A stretch of DNA of 16,562 bases from Desmophyllum pertusum (taxonomy: Eukaryota). Shown here piece by piece: positions 1 to 8,699 of this stretch; position 1 is the stretch's first letter; every line of letters begins with the position of its first letter. A program made the translations under genes and the position numbers. The notes under the pieces were generated by a model that did not search any database, was not told the origin of the DNA, and worked only from the letters and a program-made list of their open reading frames with translations. The DNA lies in assembly GCA_029204205.1 (NCBI GenBank), contig MU825873.1:7200407-7216968 (forward strand), read 5' to 3'.

Positions 1-3
1 AAA

Positions 4-130
4 ATCGATGATAATCAATAACAATCGATGCCAATTAATCGATTGATATTGATAACAATCGATAATCACAAAATTATTAGTCATCGATTATCAATATCAA
101 TCAATTAATTGGCATCGATTATCATCGATT
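4..130. repeat. Near-perfect palindrome of about 125 bp (hairpin/foldback) built from ATCGAT-containing units, with the centre near 72. It may be truncated by the window edge.
   Basis: Positions 25-55 (atcgatgccaattaatcgattgatattgata) match the reverse complement of 89-119 in 30 of 31 positions. The outer arm atcgatgataat (4-15) matches the reverse complement of 118-130. Confidence 0.7.
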
Positions 131-135
131 GTTCA

Positions 136-325
136 GGCCGGGTAAATACAAGTAGTAATAACGCAGATAGATCACCCACGTTTTGTGGGGTGAGCACGCG
201 TGAGCCCCCAAGATCTATTAATTAATTGATTATCAAAGTTTACGGCATAGTGAAGTGGTGAATTAGCTTCTTATCGCGGACGGCGTTACATATCCATACC
301 CAATGTAACCACCACTGTTACATGA
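136..325 (+). repeat. Dispersed repeat family, copy 1 of about 190 bp. It carries the internal palindrome cccacgttttgtgggg.
   Basis: This copy is about 80% identical to 5058-5275 in the same orientation. Shared blocks are aaatacaag.agtaa.aacgcagatagat, cccacgttttg.gtggtgagcac.cg, aattattaattaatt, attaaagtttacaccatagtga and cat.cccaat.gt. Confidence 0.7.
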
Positions 326-368
326 GACAAAACGTACTTGATCACCACGCAGTTTCATTGGTAAAAAC

Positions 369-900
369 ATGACCGCTCAGCACTGCTATGCCTGCCACGG
401 AGGACACAACTGCCACGCTACACGCGAGTGCCTTGACGTCACAGCTTGGAAAACGCCAGAGTCTGGGAATAAGACTGCGTTTGAAATTGTAAAATACCTA
501 ACCTGCATGGCAGGCGTAGAAAGGGGAGTTCGGGGGGAGTTCGGGCGCGAGCGCGTGGAGATAGCGCGAAGCGCGATCGGCTATAAAATACCCGGTTCAG
601 TCAGGGGAACAAGTATCAGTTGATGCCGAAATCCCGCCTCCGAGACGGCACTGAGCCAGCGGCGTTCGGCCCCGAAGTATGACGTATTTGCTGGTGCAAT
701 TGTTCTCGGAGTGCTCGCGCTAGTTTCTGATTGGATAAAAAGATTCGGAAACTCTTCGTGAGCTTCCACGAAGATTTGCCAAAATCGGCGCATGTTCCCT
801 AGGCTCGATTACCAGCCGCTGTTCGGGAAAATGAGCCCGCGCTCCTCCCCCCTCGGGGAAGAACGAAGACCGGACTCAAGTGAGCGGCGGAAATCGAGCC
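369..900. promoter_or_regulatory. GC-rich, CpG-dense island with a TATA-like motif (ctataaaata, 582-591), an inverted CCAAT box (ctgattgg, 727-734), a TGACGTCA CRE-like palindrome (435-442) and GC palindromes. It may be a promoter or CpG island of a neighbouring gene.
   Basis: The composition shifts sharply from the AT-rich surroundings. Motifs were read directly from the sequence. A tandem ggagttcgggg x2 sits at 527-548 and gcgcgagcgcg...cgcgaagcgcg dyads at 545-585. No convincing ORF, snRNA or tRNA was recognised. Confidence 0.25.
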
Positions 901-1187
901 TACGTGTTCCCCCGACTGTCTTACATCGAAATATCTATTGTAACAAATCCAAACAGCCATTTTATTGTATTGGAAGTCAACAATTAAATTCTCCTTACTA
1001 GTCTCCTACATTTATCACAGTTTGGCGAGTTTCACACAATGATCAGGTCCTATATTCCCATAAAATAGATGTTTCAATTCCGTTTGAAATTGAGGAGATA
1101 TTAGATGCTGACAGGAGCAATAATCAGGTTATGGCTCCTGATGCTGATCACAGTTGATATGAGTGGCCATTTAGTTGACTTTCATAT

Positions 1188-1325
1188 ACACTGTTCACAG
1201 TCCCCTATTTTCCCGTTTGGTTGTTGAGGTCGATCGCCAAGTTCGAGGGGCCGCCATCTTGATTTCTTAGCACTCTCCCCAGGTTTCGCTCGCCTCCAAA
1301 AAATAGGGGACTGTGAACAGTCTAA
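1188..1325. repeat. Inverted repeat with 22-bp arms flanking a GC-rich loop of about 90 bp.
   Basis: The sequence actgttcacagtcccctatttt (1189-1210) matches the reverse complement of aaaataggggactgtgaacagt (1300-1321). Confidence 0.6.
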
Positions 1326-2842
1326 CTTTCAAATTATCAAAAAGCATTTTTTTTTACAATATTATCACTATAACCAAGAGAGTAGAAAAAGAGATAACCT
1401 AAAAAATGATAATTATTAGACTCGTAGTTTAGAATATAAACACTATAATAAATCAACCAAGGCCTTACTGCGTCTTTCAATAACAGGCGAACTCTGAAGT
1501 TCAAAACCCAACAAACGATTGCATTTTCATTGCTGTCAGTCATAATCACGAAGACAACCAACGGACTCTGAAAAATGAAACAAACAATATGAATCGAATC
1601 TACCAATCACAATCCACGGACGTGTTGGATGTTAATCACCCCTTGGACAACAAATAAAACGCATAGACCTTTGTACCCGCTGAAGTGAACTTATGTTTCC
1701 TGAGACGTCCGTTTGACGGCAGTGAAAAACACAACAGTTGATTGAGTAGAGTAAGGCGCAGTATTAAAAAAGTTAAATTTCGCCTTGCCTCAAACTGCCG
1801 ATCTATAAACTGTAAATACAGGAGCCTTTGACACCTTTTAATAACTTCAATCGGTAAATTCCAAGGTTTAATACCTGTATATGATAAATCTACTACACCG
1901 TTGACGTAGTTTGTTACAATATTCTCTTAATCAGTTAGAAAAATGTAAAGTTAAAACTTCAAAAATCAAAAAATGACTAAAACGTGAGCCACGCAGAGCA
2001 GTTGTTGTTTATACCCTCAAAAAGAGGCAAGGCTGTGCTATTTTAGGTCAATTCCAAAATCAGTTTACCATTTTCCATTAGCAGTCAAACCGTCAGCTTA
2101 CAATCCTAAAGTGTCGCCATTCAAATGACAGCTACTGAGGAGTATTTTCCTGTGTTGGAAGTCAAACTATTCAAAACACGATTGTCTGTTATGGAAAAGC
2201 AAATATTACATGGGCTCCAGAGTAATGCCTTATAAAAACATTTTACATGCCAATCAGCCCTAAAAAGAGCTGAAAAAATGATAACCAATTTATGAGAATA
2301 TTCTCTTAATAAAGAAACTTATTTAATGTTAAAAAGTTCTACATTATTATATGTTTGAGGTAATCTCCTTTCCAACATAATTTCTCTCTAACTTATTTAT
2401 AGAACATGTTTTTATATTTTTTCTACGTCATTCTTTTTATCATGCATAGACGTTTTGGTAATGTTTTTAGAAGTCAAATGCTTTGTTTCTCCAAAGCCAT
2501 TAACTCCTTTGTCCGAGGCTCAAAATAACCATACTCCTTACGTATATTGACATACATTTCTGAGAACCTGGAGTACATCAAGACATCATCCCGTAGTTCT
2601 CTATATTCTTGGTACAGTTCTGCATGATAATGTTGTCATGGATATATGTTGAACACTCAGGAAATATCTGTTACTGAGGCGGAGACGTATTCTCTTAGAA
2701 GTATCCTGTCTTAATATAATATATACGTATATTCCTACAAACATCTACATCTAGTTATTACTTGGTATTCAACAAAGGCGTAACTGTACTAGTAATTTAC
2801 GGAAGTATACCCTATGAAGTTTACTATCCACATGCCATGTAA

Positions 2843-2981
2843 TGTATCAAACTCGAGACAGTTTTTCATCCGATTTCCAAACACCAAGAAGAGAGCTGAA
2901 AATAGGACGCGCAGCGGAGTATTTTTGACGACATTCGAGGTTTGGAAATCGGATGAAACACTGCTCGAGTGTTTGATATAT
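2843..2981. repeat. Hairpin of about 140 bp with stems of about 40 bp and a loop of about 55 bp, in the 3' flank or possible 3' UTR of AKAP10.
   Basis: The sequence ctcgagacagtttttcatccgatttccaaac (2852-2882) matches the reverse complement of gtttggaaatcggatgaaacactgctcgag (2940-2969). The outer gtatcaaac matches the reverse complement of gtttgatat. The overlapping sense and antisense track ORFs 2789-2998 and 2814-3005 are a by-product of this symmetry. Confidence 0.65.
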
Positions 2982-3227
2982 CTTCTCAATCCACACAAAA
3001 ACTAAGGAGTAAACAGAGAAATGAAATCATAAACATCTATGCTAATTTAGACCAGGGGCCGGATTCATACAATACTAAGGATACATTACATGTTAGTTTA
3101 GGATCGTGAATTTGGCCCCAGGTATCTAAACTACTGTCACGGTTATGATTTCCTTTGTTATAACCTGATGAATTATTAGCGAGTTTGAGAAGTGTTGATC
3201 ATCTCTGGCCAAACTCATGTAACTGTA

Positions 3228-3330
3228 CTAGGATGGATACCACTATCCACCAGATAAATCACTCCCCAGTGGATCGCACTGATCCACAGGATAGTGGTTT
3301 ATCCAGTGGATAGCGTTATCCACCTTTTGA
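3228..3330. repeat. Cluster of short palindromes (ggat.ccactatccacc / ggatagtgg / ccagtggatc...gatccacagg).
   Basis: Multiple nested dyads were read directly. Flanking 9-bp inverted copies are ggccccagg (3115-3123) and cctggggcc (3341-3349). Confidence 0.4.
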
Positions 3331-3404
3331 ACGACAAGGCCCTGGGGCCTGAAGTACTTCCTATGAGAGCTTATAATCCACATGCCATATGTTGATGCCA
3401 TAAC

Positions 3405-3536
3405 TCATGTTAAAGCCATACTATCATCCATTGTCCACAAGCTTGCTGTATTTCCTGGGTCAAAAGACATTGCTTGTTCATTCTTGACGTCTTTAATGAT
3501 CATTTTTGCAATTTTCCACGCCATTTCTTCCTTAGC
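3405..3536 (-). CDS. AKAP10: AKAP10 ortholog last coding exon. It holds the PKA regulatory-subunit-binding amphipathic helix and ends in a TGA stop at 3405-3407.
   Basis: Acceptor ttgtcttatctcacag|GCT. Translation is AKEEMAWKIAKMIIKDVKNEQAMSFDPGNTASLWTMDDSMALT*, against the human C-terminus AQEELAWKIAKMIVSDIMQQAQYDQPLEKSTKL* (recalled from memory). The W-KIAKMI motif is the RII-docking helix core. Confidence 0.85.
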   Translation of the reverse strand, partial: AKEEMAWKIAKMIIKDVKNEQAMSFDPGNTASLWTMDDSMALT

Positions 3537-3825
3537 CTGTGAGATAAGACAATAAAACAACAACATCAACTACAAACAACAAGCACTACAGTATGTGGTC
3601 CTAATTCCGGCCAGAAAAGACACTAACATGTAATTCTCGCATTGGAAGAACTGCCTCGAGCTGAAACTTGACCTGTGACTTGTCACAACATTTACCTAGC
3701 ATATGTAAAAGCAACAGCCTTTGAAGTCATGTTGACTTACAATAGACACTGTACATTTTATGTAGATCACTTTCAATTACTTGCACAAGTCACATGCTGT
3801 ATTAACCTAATGTTAGATTTCGTAC

Positions 3826-3878
3826 CTTATCCTCTCCTCCAGACACCAGCTTTCTCATGGCTTTTCCTAGTTTGGAAG
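3826..3878 (-). CDS. AKAP10: AKAP10 ortholog small exon of 53 bp. Enters in phase 1 and exits in phase 0.
   Basis: Acceptor ctattttctttaag|CT and donor GAGGATAAG|gtacgaaa. With the G carried over it reads ASKLGKAMRKLVSGGEDK, against human GSMFSQAMKKWVQGNTDE (recalled from memory). The phase bridges exon 4659-4743 (1 nt carried) to the phase-0 last exon. Confidence 0.65.
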
Positions 3879-3959
3879 CTTAAAGAAAATAGATTGATCA
3901 ATCAATCACTTTGATCGCTACTGACTAACACCCTGTACTCACCCAGGAGGGCTACTCAG

Positions 3960-4330
3960 GTGTATTAGTGACGAAGAGGTTTGAAGGCCTTTTGGGGGTT
4001 TGAAATTAGTGATTTGGGGACTTTTGGGGGTTAGAAACTTTGTGGTGGATTTTTTTGGATGGAAAGATTTTGGCAAGGACTTTTTAGGGTTATAAAAATG
4101 TATCGATCCCCACTTTGAACGAACGACTAAGTCTGCAGCCTCACATGATGACAGATACATGATGAATGAATAAAGGTGGACGCATGAACTACTACTTAAT
4201 TAATTATTTTATGCGGAGAAAAAAGGGACTTTTTTAGGTATAAATGCTGGGCTGTTGGACTTTTTTGCGGGTCTAGTTTTAGCCTAAATTATGGTACTTT
4301 TTGGGGGTCTAAAAATTTAGCCTCATTCAC
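3960..4330. repeat. Degenerate minisatellite with a unit of about 30 bp (ggacttttt.gggggt.tagaaa.ttt), seven or more copies, interrupted at 4110-4215. It is intronic.
   Basis: Repeated units were visible by eye. The compositional periodicity produces the spurious ORF 3939-4160. Confidence 0.6.
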
Positions 4331-4658
4331 ACCGCCCCATCACAAAAATACCCAAGTACAACACGCTCAGTTAAAAAATAATAATAATAAATTCCAATTC
4401 CTGGTTATAGAACACTAGCCAAACGTTTACACAGCTGTATAATAAACTTGTGTTTTCATTATGGGAACTTTTAAATATAGCTCGGTAAGGAATGTTCATG
4501 CCCACACTGAAATAAATTTTGAACCTGTTTAACTTGAAGGCTTTTAAATACAAGTATGTTTGAGCTTTGGTGTTAAACATTTTCTGAGGCAGATGCCTCC
4601 AGGTCCAGGAGGATGACCATTTTTCAATTTGTGGCTAAAAGCAGGCCTGGATGCATAC

Positions 4659-4743
4659 CTGTGGAGGTGCCATTACCACTGTCTGGCTCAGGCTCAAAGA
4701 TTGGTTCAAAAATTCCAAACTCATTGACCTTTCCAGCGACAGT
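4659..4743 (-). CDS. AKAP10: AKAP10 ortholog exon of 85 bp. Enters in phase 0 and exits in phase 1.
   Basis: Acceptor gttttattttgtgattatag|ACT and donor CTCCACAG|gtatgcat. Translation is TVAGKVNEFGIFEPIFEPEPDSGNGTST(G), against human TYAGKMTFGRVSDLGQFIRESEPEPDVRKSK(G) (recalled from memory). An in-frame TAG lies just upstream of the acceptor. Confidence 0.8.
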
Positions 4744-5057
4744 CTATAATCACAAAATAAAACTTAATCACTTACAGTCAAACCAACACTAACGGCCACC
4801 TATTTATAACGGCTAGCTTACTCTACGTACCTCAGAATGGCCGAATACAATACACTTTATATACGCTATATTTTTGCCATCAAAATGTTCCTTCCTGACA
4901 CCCTCCCAAATAATTATTGTTTCATGCTTGCTTGATAAATTGCATGAACTGCGTATCTTTGATAGTTGTTGGTAACGCACTAGGACATTGTTCTATAAAG
5001 ACAGCTACTACAAGGAGGGCATAGGATCGTCTGAGACAAATATATATTGTGCAAAAT

Positions 5058-5275
5058 ACAAGGAGTAACAACGCAGATAGATTTCCCACGTTTTGCGTGG
5101 TGAGCACACGCGCCTCCACGCAAGAATTATTAATTACTATCAATTAATTAACTACTTATTGGTTATTAAAGTTTACACCATAGTGATTAGTGCGTTAGCG
5201 GATTAGCGCTTTAGCACGTTATCGCAGACGAAAACCAACTAAACCATCCCAATAGTGCACTCTACACTTAAAAAG
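5058..5275 (+). repeat. Dispersed repeat family, copy 2.
   Basis: See copy 1 at 136-325 for the shared blocks. This copy lies in the intron between coding exons 5361-5603 and 4659-4743. Confidence 0.7.
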
Positions 5276-5360
5276 ATCACATGAACATCAAGAACAGGCT
5301 AGTTTGTACCCTAGTGTCTTGCAAACAGACTTTGGTCATTGCCACTACTAAACACTAAAC

Positions 5361-5603
5361 TAACCCAGCATTAGGTCTTTGCCAAAGGGCATCTGGGTGC
5401 TCTGTTAGATCAAGGTCAGAGCCAAATGTTGACTTCACCAGGCGACTATTTTCGTTCATCTGAGCACCCAGGCTCCTAACATCATCTACACTGCCAATAG
5501 AAGCTGAGAGGGTCTGGGTAGAATGATTGTCACTAATGGAATTTAACAGCTCTGTGAGATACTTGTAGTATACGTCACTTTTCAGGAAACTTGGACAAAA
5601 CAC
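5361..5603 (-). CDS. AKAP10: AKAP10 ortholog exon. The 5' end is confident; the 3' end is provisional because no canonical strong donor follows the conserved ...LWQR.
   Basis: Acceptor ttgtcaatacatttcag|GTG. Translation is VFCPSFLKSDVYYKYLTELLNSISDNHSTQTLSASIGSVDDVRSLGAQMNENSRLVKSTFGSDLDLTEHPDALWQRPNAGL, against human VFLPGFLSSNLYYKYLNDLIHSV...DAASLDPESLYQR (recalled from memory). Phase 0 is needed for the next exon. The only phase-0 GT near the end is TTA|gtttag at 5360 (weak). CTG|gtgaag at about 5422 is an alternative that would shorten the exon. Confidence 0.65.
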
Positions 5604-5937
5604 CTGAAATGTATTGACAATATAAGTAAAACATAGAGGAGTAAAATGTCTTGACAAAATCACAAGGACTCAAAACTCCCCAGCTGTATAATTCAACTTT
5701 CCTCCAATTTCATTACATCAAGGCAAATTGTACTATACCATGACTCCATAACAAAGCTTATAGGGTGATAAGCTTCTGCCCATAATTTATAATAAATACT
5801 GGATAATGCTTTTTAACCAGTGCCAACTTGCTCTTAGAAAAGAAATGTCTTTATTTGTTATATCTCGCTAGAAACAAATTCATTTGCCTTGAAGTGAAAT
5901 CTTGTAAACACGCCAGACTGACAATTAATCAATGAAA

Positions 5938-6338
5938 CAATTAAGACGATTTCCGCTGGACGTTCGAGCAAAAAGTGCAAAAAATTAAGTTACCAAAAAA
6001 ATACTCATAGCACGGTAACATTTTGAATACAGTTAAGAAGAAATTATTGATAAATTAGCTCCCAAGCTGACCCCGCGAGAGTAGTCATTACATATTTTAA
6101 TTAAAAAGACGCTTCATGTCAGTTCAAAACAAAATGGCGTGCGTTTTTATCATTTTTTACGAGGTTCAACATTAATTTTCTCAAGAATGCTTGAGAATTT
6201 AATTGCGGGGTCACTTGGAGAAGTGAATTAAAGTGATATGTTTCAAATAGTAATTTAAATGTTACCGTGCTATGAGTAGTTTTTTAGTAATTAATTTTTG
6301 CACTTATTGCTCGAACGTTGAGCGGAATCCGTCTTAAT
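5938..6338. mobile_element. MITE-like foldback element of about 400 bp with terminal inverted repeats of about 95 bp and an internal second inverted pair. It is intronic.
   Basis: Left arm aattaagacgatttccgctggacgttcgagcaaaaagtgcaaaaaattaagttacc...ctcatagcacggtaacatttt is about 85% identical to the reverse complement of 6238-6338 (...aaatgttaccgtgctatgagtag...ttgctcgaacgttgagcggaatccgtcttaatt). The inner ccaagctgaccccgcgag matches the reverse complement of cgcggggtcacttgg. Confidence 0.7.
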
Positions 6339-6659
6339 TATTATAAAATAAAATACAAGTATAAAAAACAATCATTAAATATTTCCAAAATTGTGAAGGA
6401 GCAATAAGCAAGTAAGTATTTTTAGAAAGACAACGACACTTTTTAATTTAGAAAACATGTTTCGGATGTACAACATCCAAATGTCAGTTACAAAATAAAT
6501 CAAAATAAATCAAATGCACATAATAATCATTAAAATTGTGGTCCTAGCTGGCACACATGAACACTACATTATTTTATAACCTACAGTGAGGGACATCTAT
6601 TGACAGACAGTCCATATAAAGGTGCCTTCCCCCCTGCATGGGAAGAACAAATAGTATAC

Positions 6660-6804
6660 CTCCTCAAGAAGACAAAGGACATGTTCCATGGGATAAGTAA
6701 AGCATTCAGGTAGTGGTCCACCTTCACGACAAATACTGTTCTCTATCTCAATCCTAGTGATATCATCCACACCAAGAGGCACACTTGCTTGCATGGAAAA
6801 ATAC
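6660..6804 (-). CDS. AKAP10: AKAP10 ortholog exon of 145 bp, the conserved RGS-B core. Enters in phase 2 and exits in phase 0.
   Basis: Acceptor aacccattgtag|G and donor CTTGAGGAG|gtatacta. Translation is (K)YFSMQASVPLGVDDITRIEIENSICREGGPLPECFTYPMEHVLCLLEE, against human KYFSLQATHPLGFDDVVRLEIESNICREGGPLPNCFTTPLRQAWTTMEK (recalled from memory). The NSICREGGPLP block is near-identical. Confidence 0.9.
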
Positions 6805-7907
6805 CTACAATGGGTTACAACAACCACTTGAAATATTTCACATTGCTGCACTTACCTATAGTATATAAATATTTATTATATAGACACAAGTGTTTTACTG
6901 GAAAATAGACCACTCTTAAAATTCATACGAAACTACATCTGGGACCTGAGTGGTGCATTTTCCATATCCTCACTAGTGAGGATATCGATGACGTCATTTC
7001 CCGCTTTTGCATGACTTTTTGTGCAAAGCTGCCAAACTCCGGTTGAAAAATGGCGATCGATAGATTCGTGAATTCACTGAAGCCGACATGAAATCGTTCA
7101 CTGAGGAGTAGGAAAATGCTAACACGAAGAAGAAAACTTCATATGACTTAAAATTATTCGAGGAGTTCTTTGCAAGTGAAGACGAAAGGAGATAAATTCA
7201 AGAAAGTCCAGCCATCGAGCTGCAAGAGGTCGCAATAAAGTTTGTGCTTTTGTTGTTTGTCTAGTATACACCAATTTCAATTAACATTGTCAGATAGAAA
7301 TGTTTTTAAAAGCCCGCAAAGCCCGCAAGAAAGACCGAAAGGCAGCGACGGATGGTTGAAAGTAGAAAACTGCTGCACGCACTGAATACTAATGAGAAGT
7401 AACATGAAAAACATTATTTCTAACGTTTCCTTTTTGTTTTAAACCTGTAGAAGTAAGCTACTTTTAGCCAAACTTAATTTCAGCAGAATCAGCTAGTGAA
7501 AAAACATGGAAAAACAAATTATCTAATTCGAGGCAAACCAAATACATCACGTCCGAAAATAAAATTGTAGATTTCTTTTCAACCGATATGGAAATTACAA
7601 TGAATTACAATGAATACCCAGACTACCAATCGGTCTTGTTGTTTTTACCACTCGGAAATAAAATTCATAAATTCGCGCCGCCGTGTAATATCCTCTATAT
7701 AATCTTATCAACTAAGTGCAAAAGAGATGTCATTTACTTCAAGTTAATATACAACAAGCCAATGTAGTACATGCATGTTGATGAGGATGAGGTCATGAAT
7801 GAGGTCTAAAATTCATCTTTATCCACTGTGGCAGATGGGACAGAAAATAAATTGAATGTGTAAATTCCCTCCTGTGTGTGCTTAGATTGACAGCAATGAG
7901 AACTTAC

Positions 7908-8050
7908 TTGTCATAAATGATCATAGCATCATCCAGGGCATGCTCTGCATTGTACTGGTTGTGTTCCATTTGTGATTTTAAGTGAGACTGAAAATTATCA
8001 GCAGTCAACCAGAACTCCAGCATGTGTTGAATCCCTTCTTGTTCCAGGTA
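7908..8050 (-). CDS. AKAP10: AKAP10 ortholog exon of 143 bp in RGS-like domain B. Enters in phase 0 and exits in phase 2.
   Basis: Acceptor ctttgacag|TACCTG and donor TATGACAA|gtaagttc. Translation is YLEQEGIQHMLEFWLTADNFQSHLKSQMEHNQYNAEHALDDAMIIYD(K), against human YMEKEDAVNILQFWLAADNFQSQLAAKKGQYDGQEAQNDAMILYDK (recalled from memory). Confidence 0.9.
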
Positions 8051-8699
8051 CTGTCAAAGTAACAATGTTGATTTTTATGATTGTAAAATACAAAAATTAT
8101 CATGGCTCCATGTGTCGATAAACATTGCAAAACATGCATGATTGAAGGAGGCATAGCCAAAAGTATTCAAATCACAAAACACAATTTAGGAAAATGTGAT
8201 GAAATTCCCAGATACATGTATTCAGTATATACCAACTCAGCGACCTTGGCATTTTAAGCAATCTCATTGGTCCACTATCTCAGGATATTCAACACTATCC
8301 ACCTCCTAGGAGGTTAATAGTACCAGGAATTATGGGAAACCTTTCGGAAGTGAGTTTTGGCTGAAGAAATTTATGGCCGGTGTCAATAATCATTTGTGTC
8401 TGTTTCACAAGTTGTGACTAGTTGAAATCCTGGAAATTCAGGACTCAGAGTGTCAATGGCTAGTGCAGAACGTTTACGGTAATTTATAAGTTTGAGACTT
8501 GTTATCAAAATTTGCAAGTTTAAGTCGACAGTCCAGTCCAGAGTCCAGTTCTTATTTTCCAGCTGGTCCCGGGAGAACCCTGGGGACAAGAAAGAGTTCA
8601 TCAACTATCAAAGGTAATAATTTTTGATTGTTTTCTTGGTGGTTGTGGGTCGTTTTTGGTTGTTCCGCGTTTTAGTAACTCCGATGAATTTGCATCAAT

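Noticed and set aside
369-623. Plus-strand ORF of 84 aa (Cys/His-rich) in the GC island
   Set aside because: GC-rich sequence has few stop codons, which inflates ORF length. The ORF has no start-codon context, and the region is more parsimoniously regulatory or repeat DNA.
3668-3697. Alternative small exon (G)KCCDKSQ with acceptor gctag|GT between the 4659 exon and the last exon
   Set aside because: Its similarity to human GSMFSQAMKKWVQGNTDE is poorer than that of the 3826-3878 exon (ASKLGKAMRKLVSGGEDK). The supposed acceptor sequence is itself donor-like, AG|GTAAAT.
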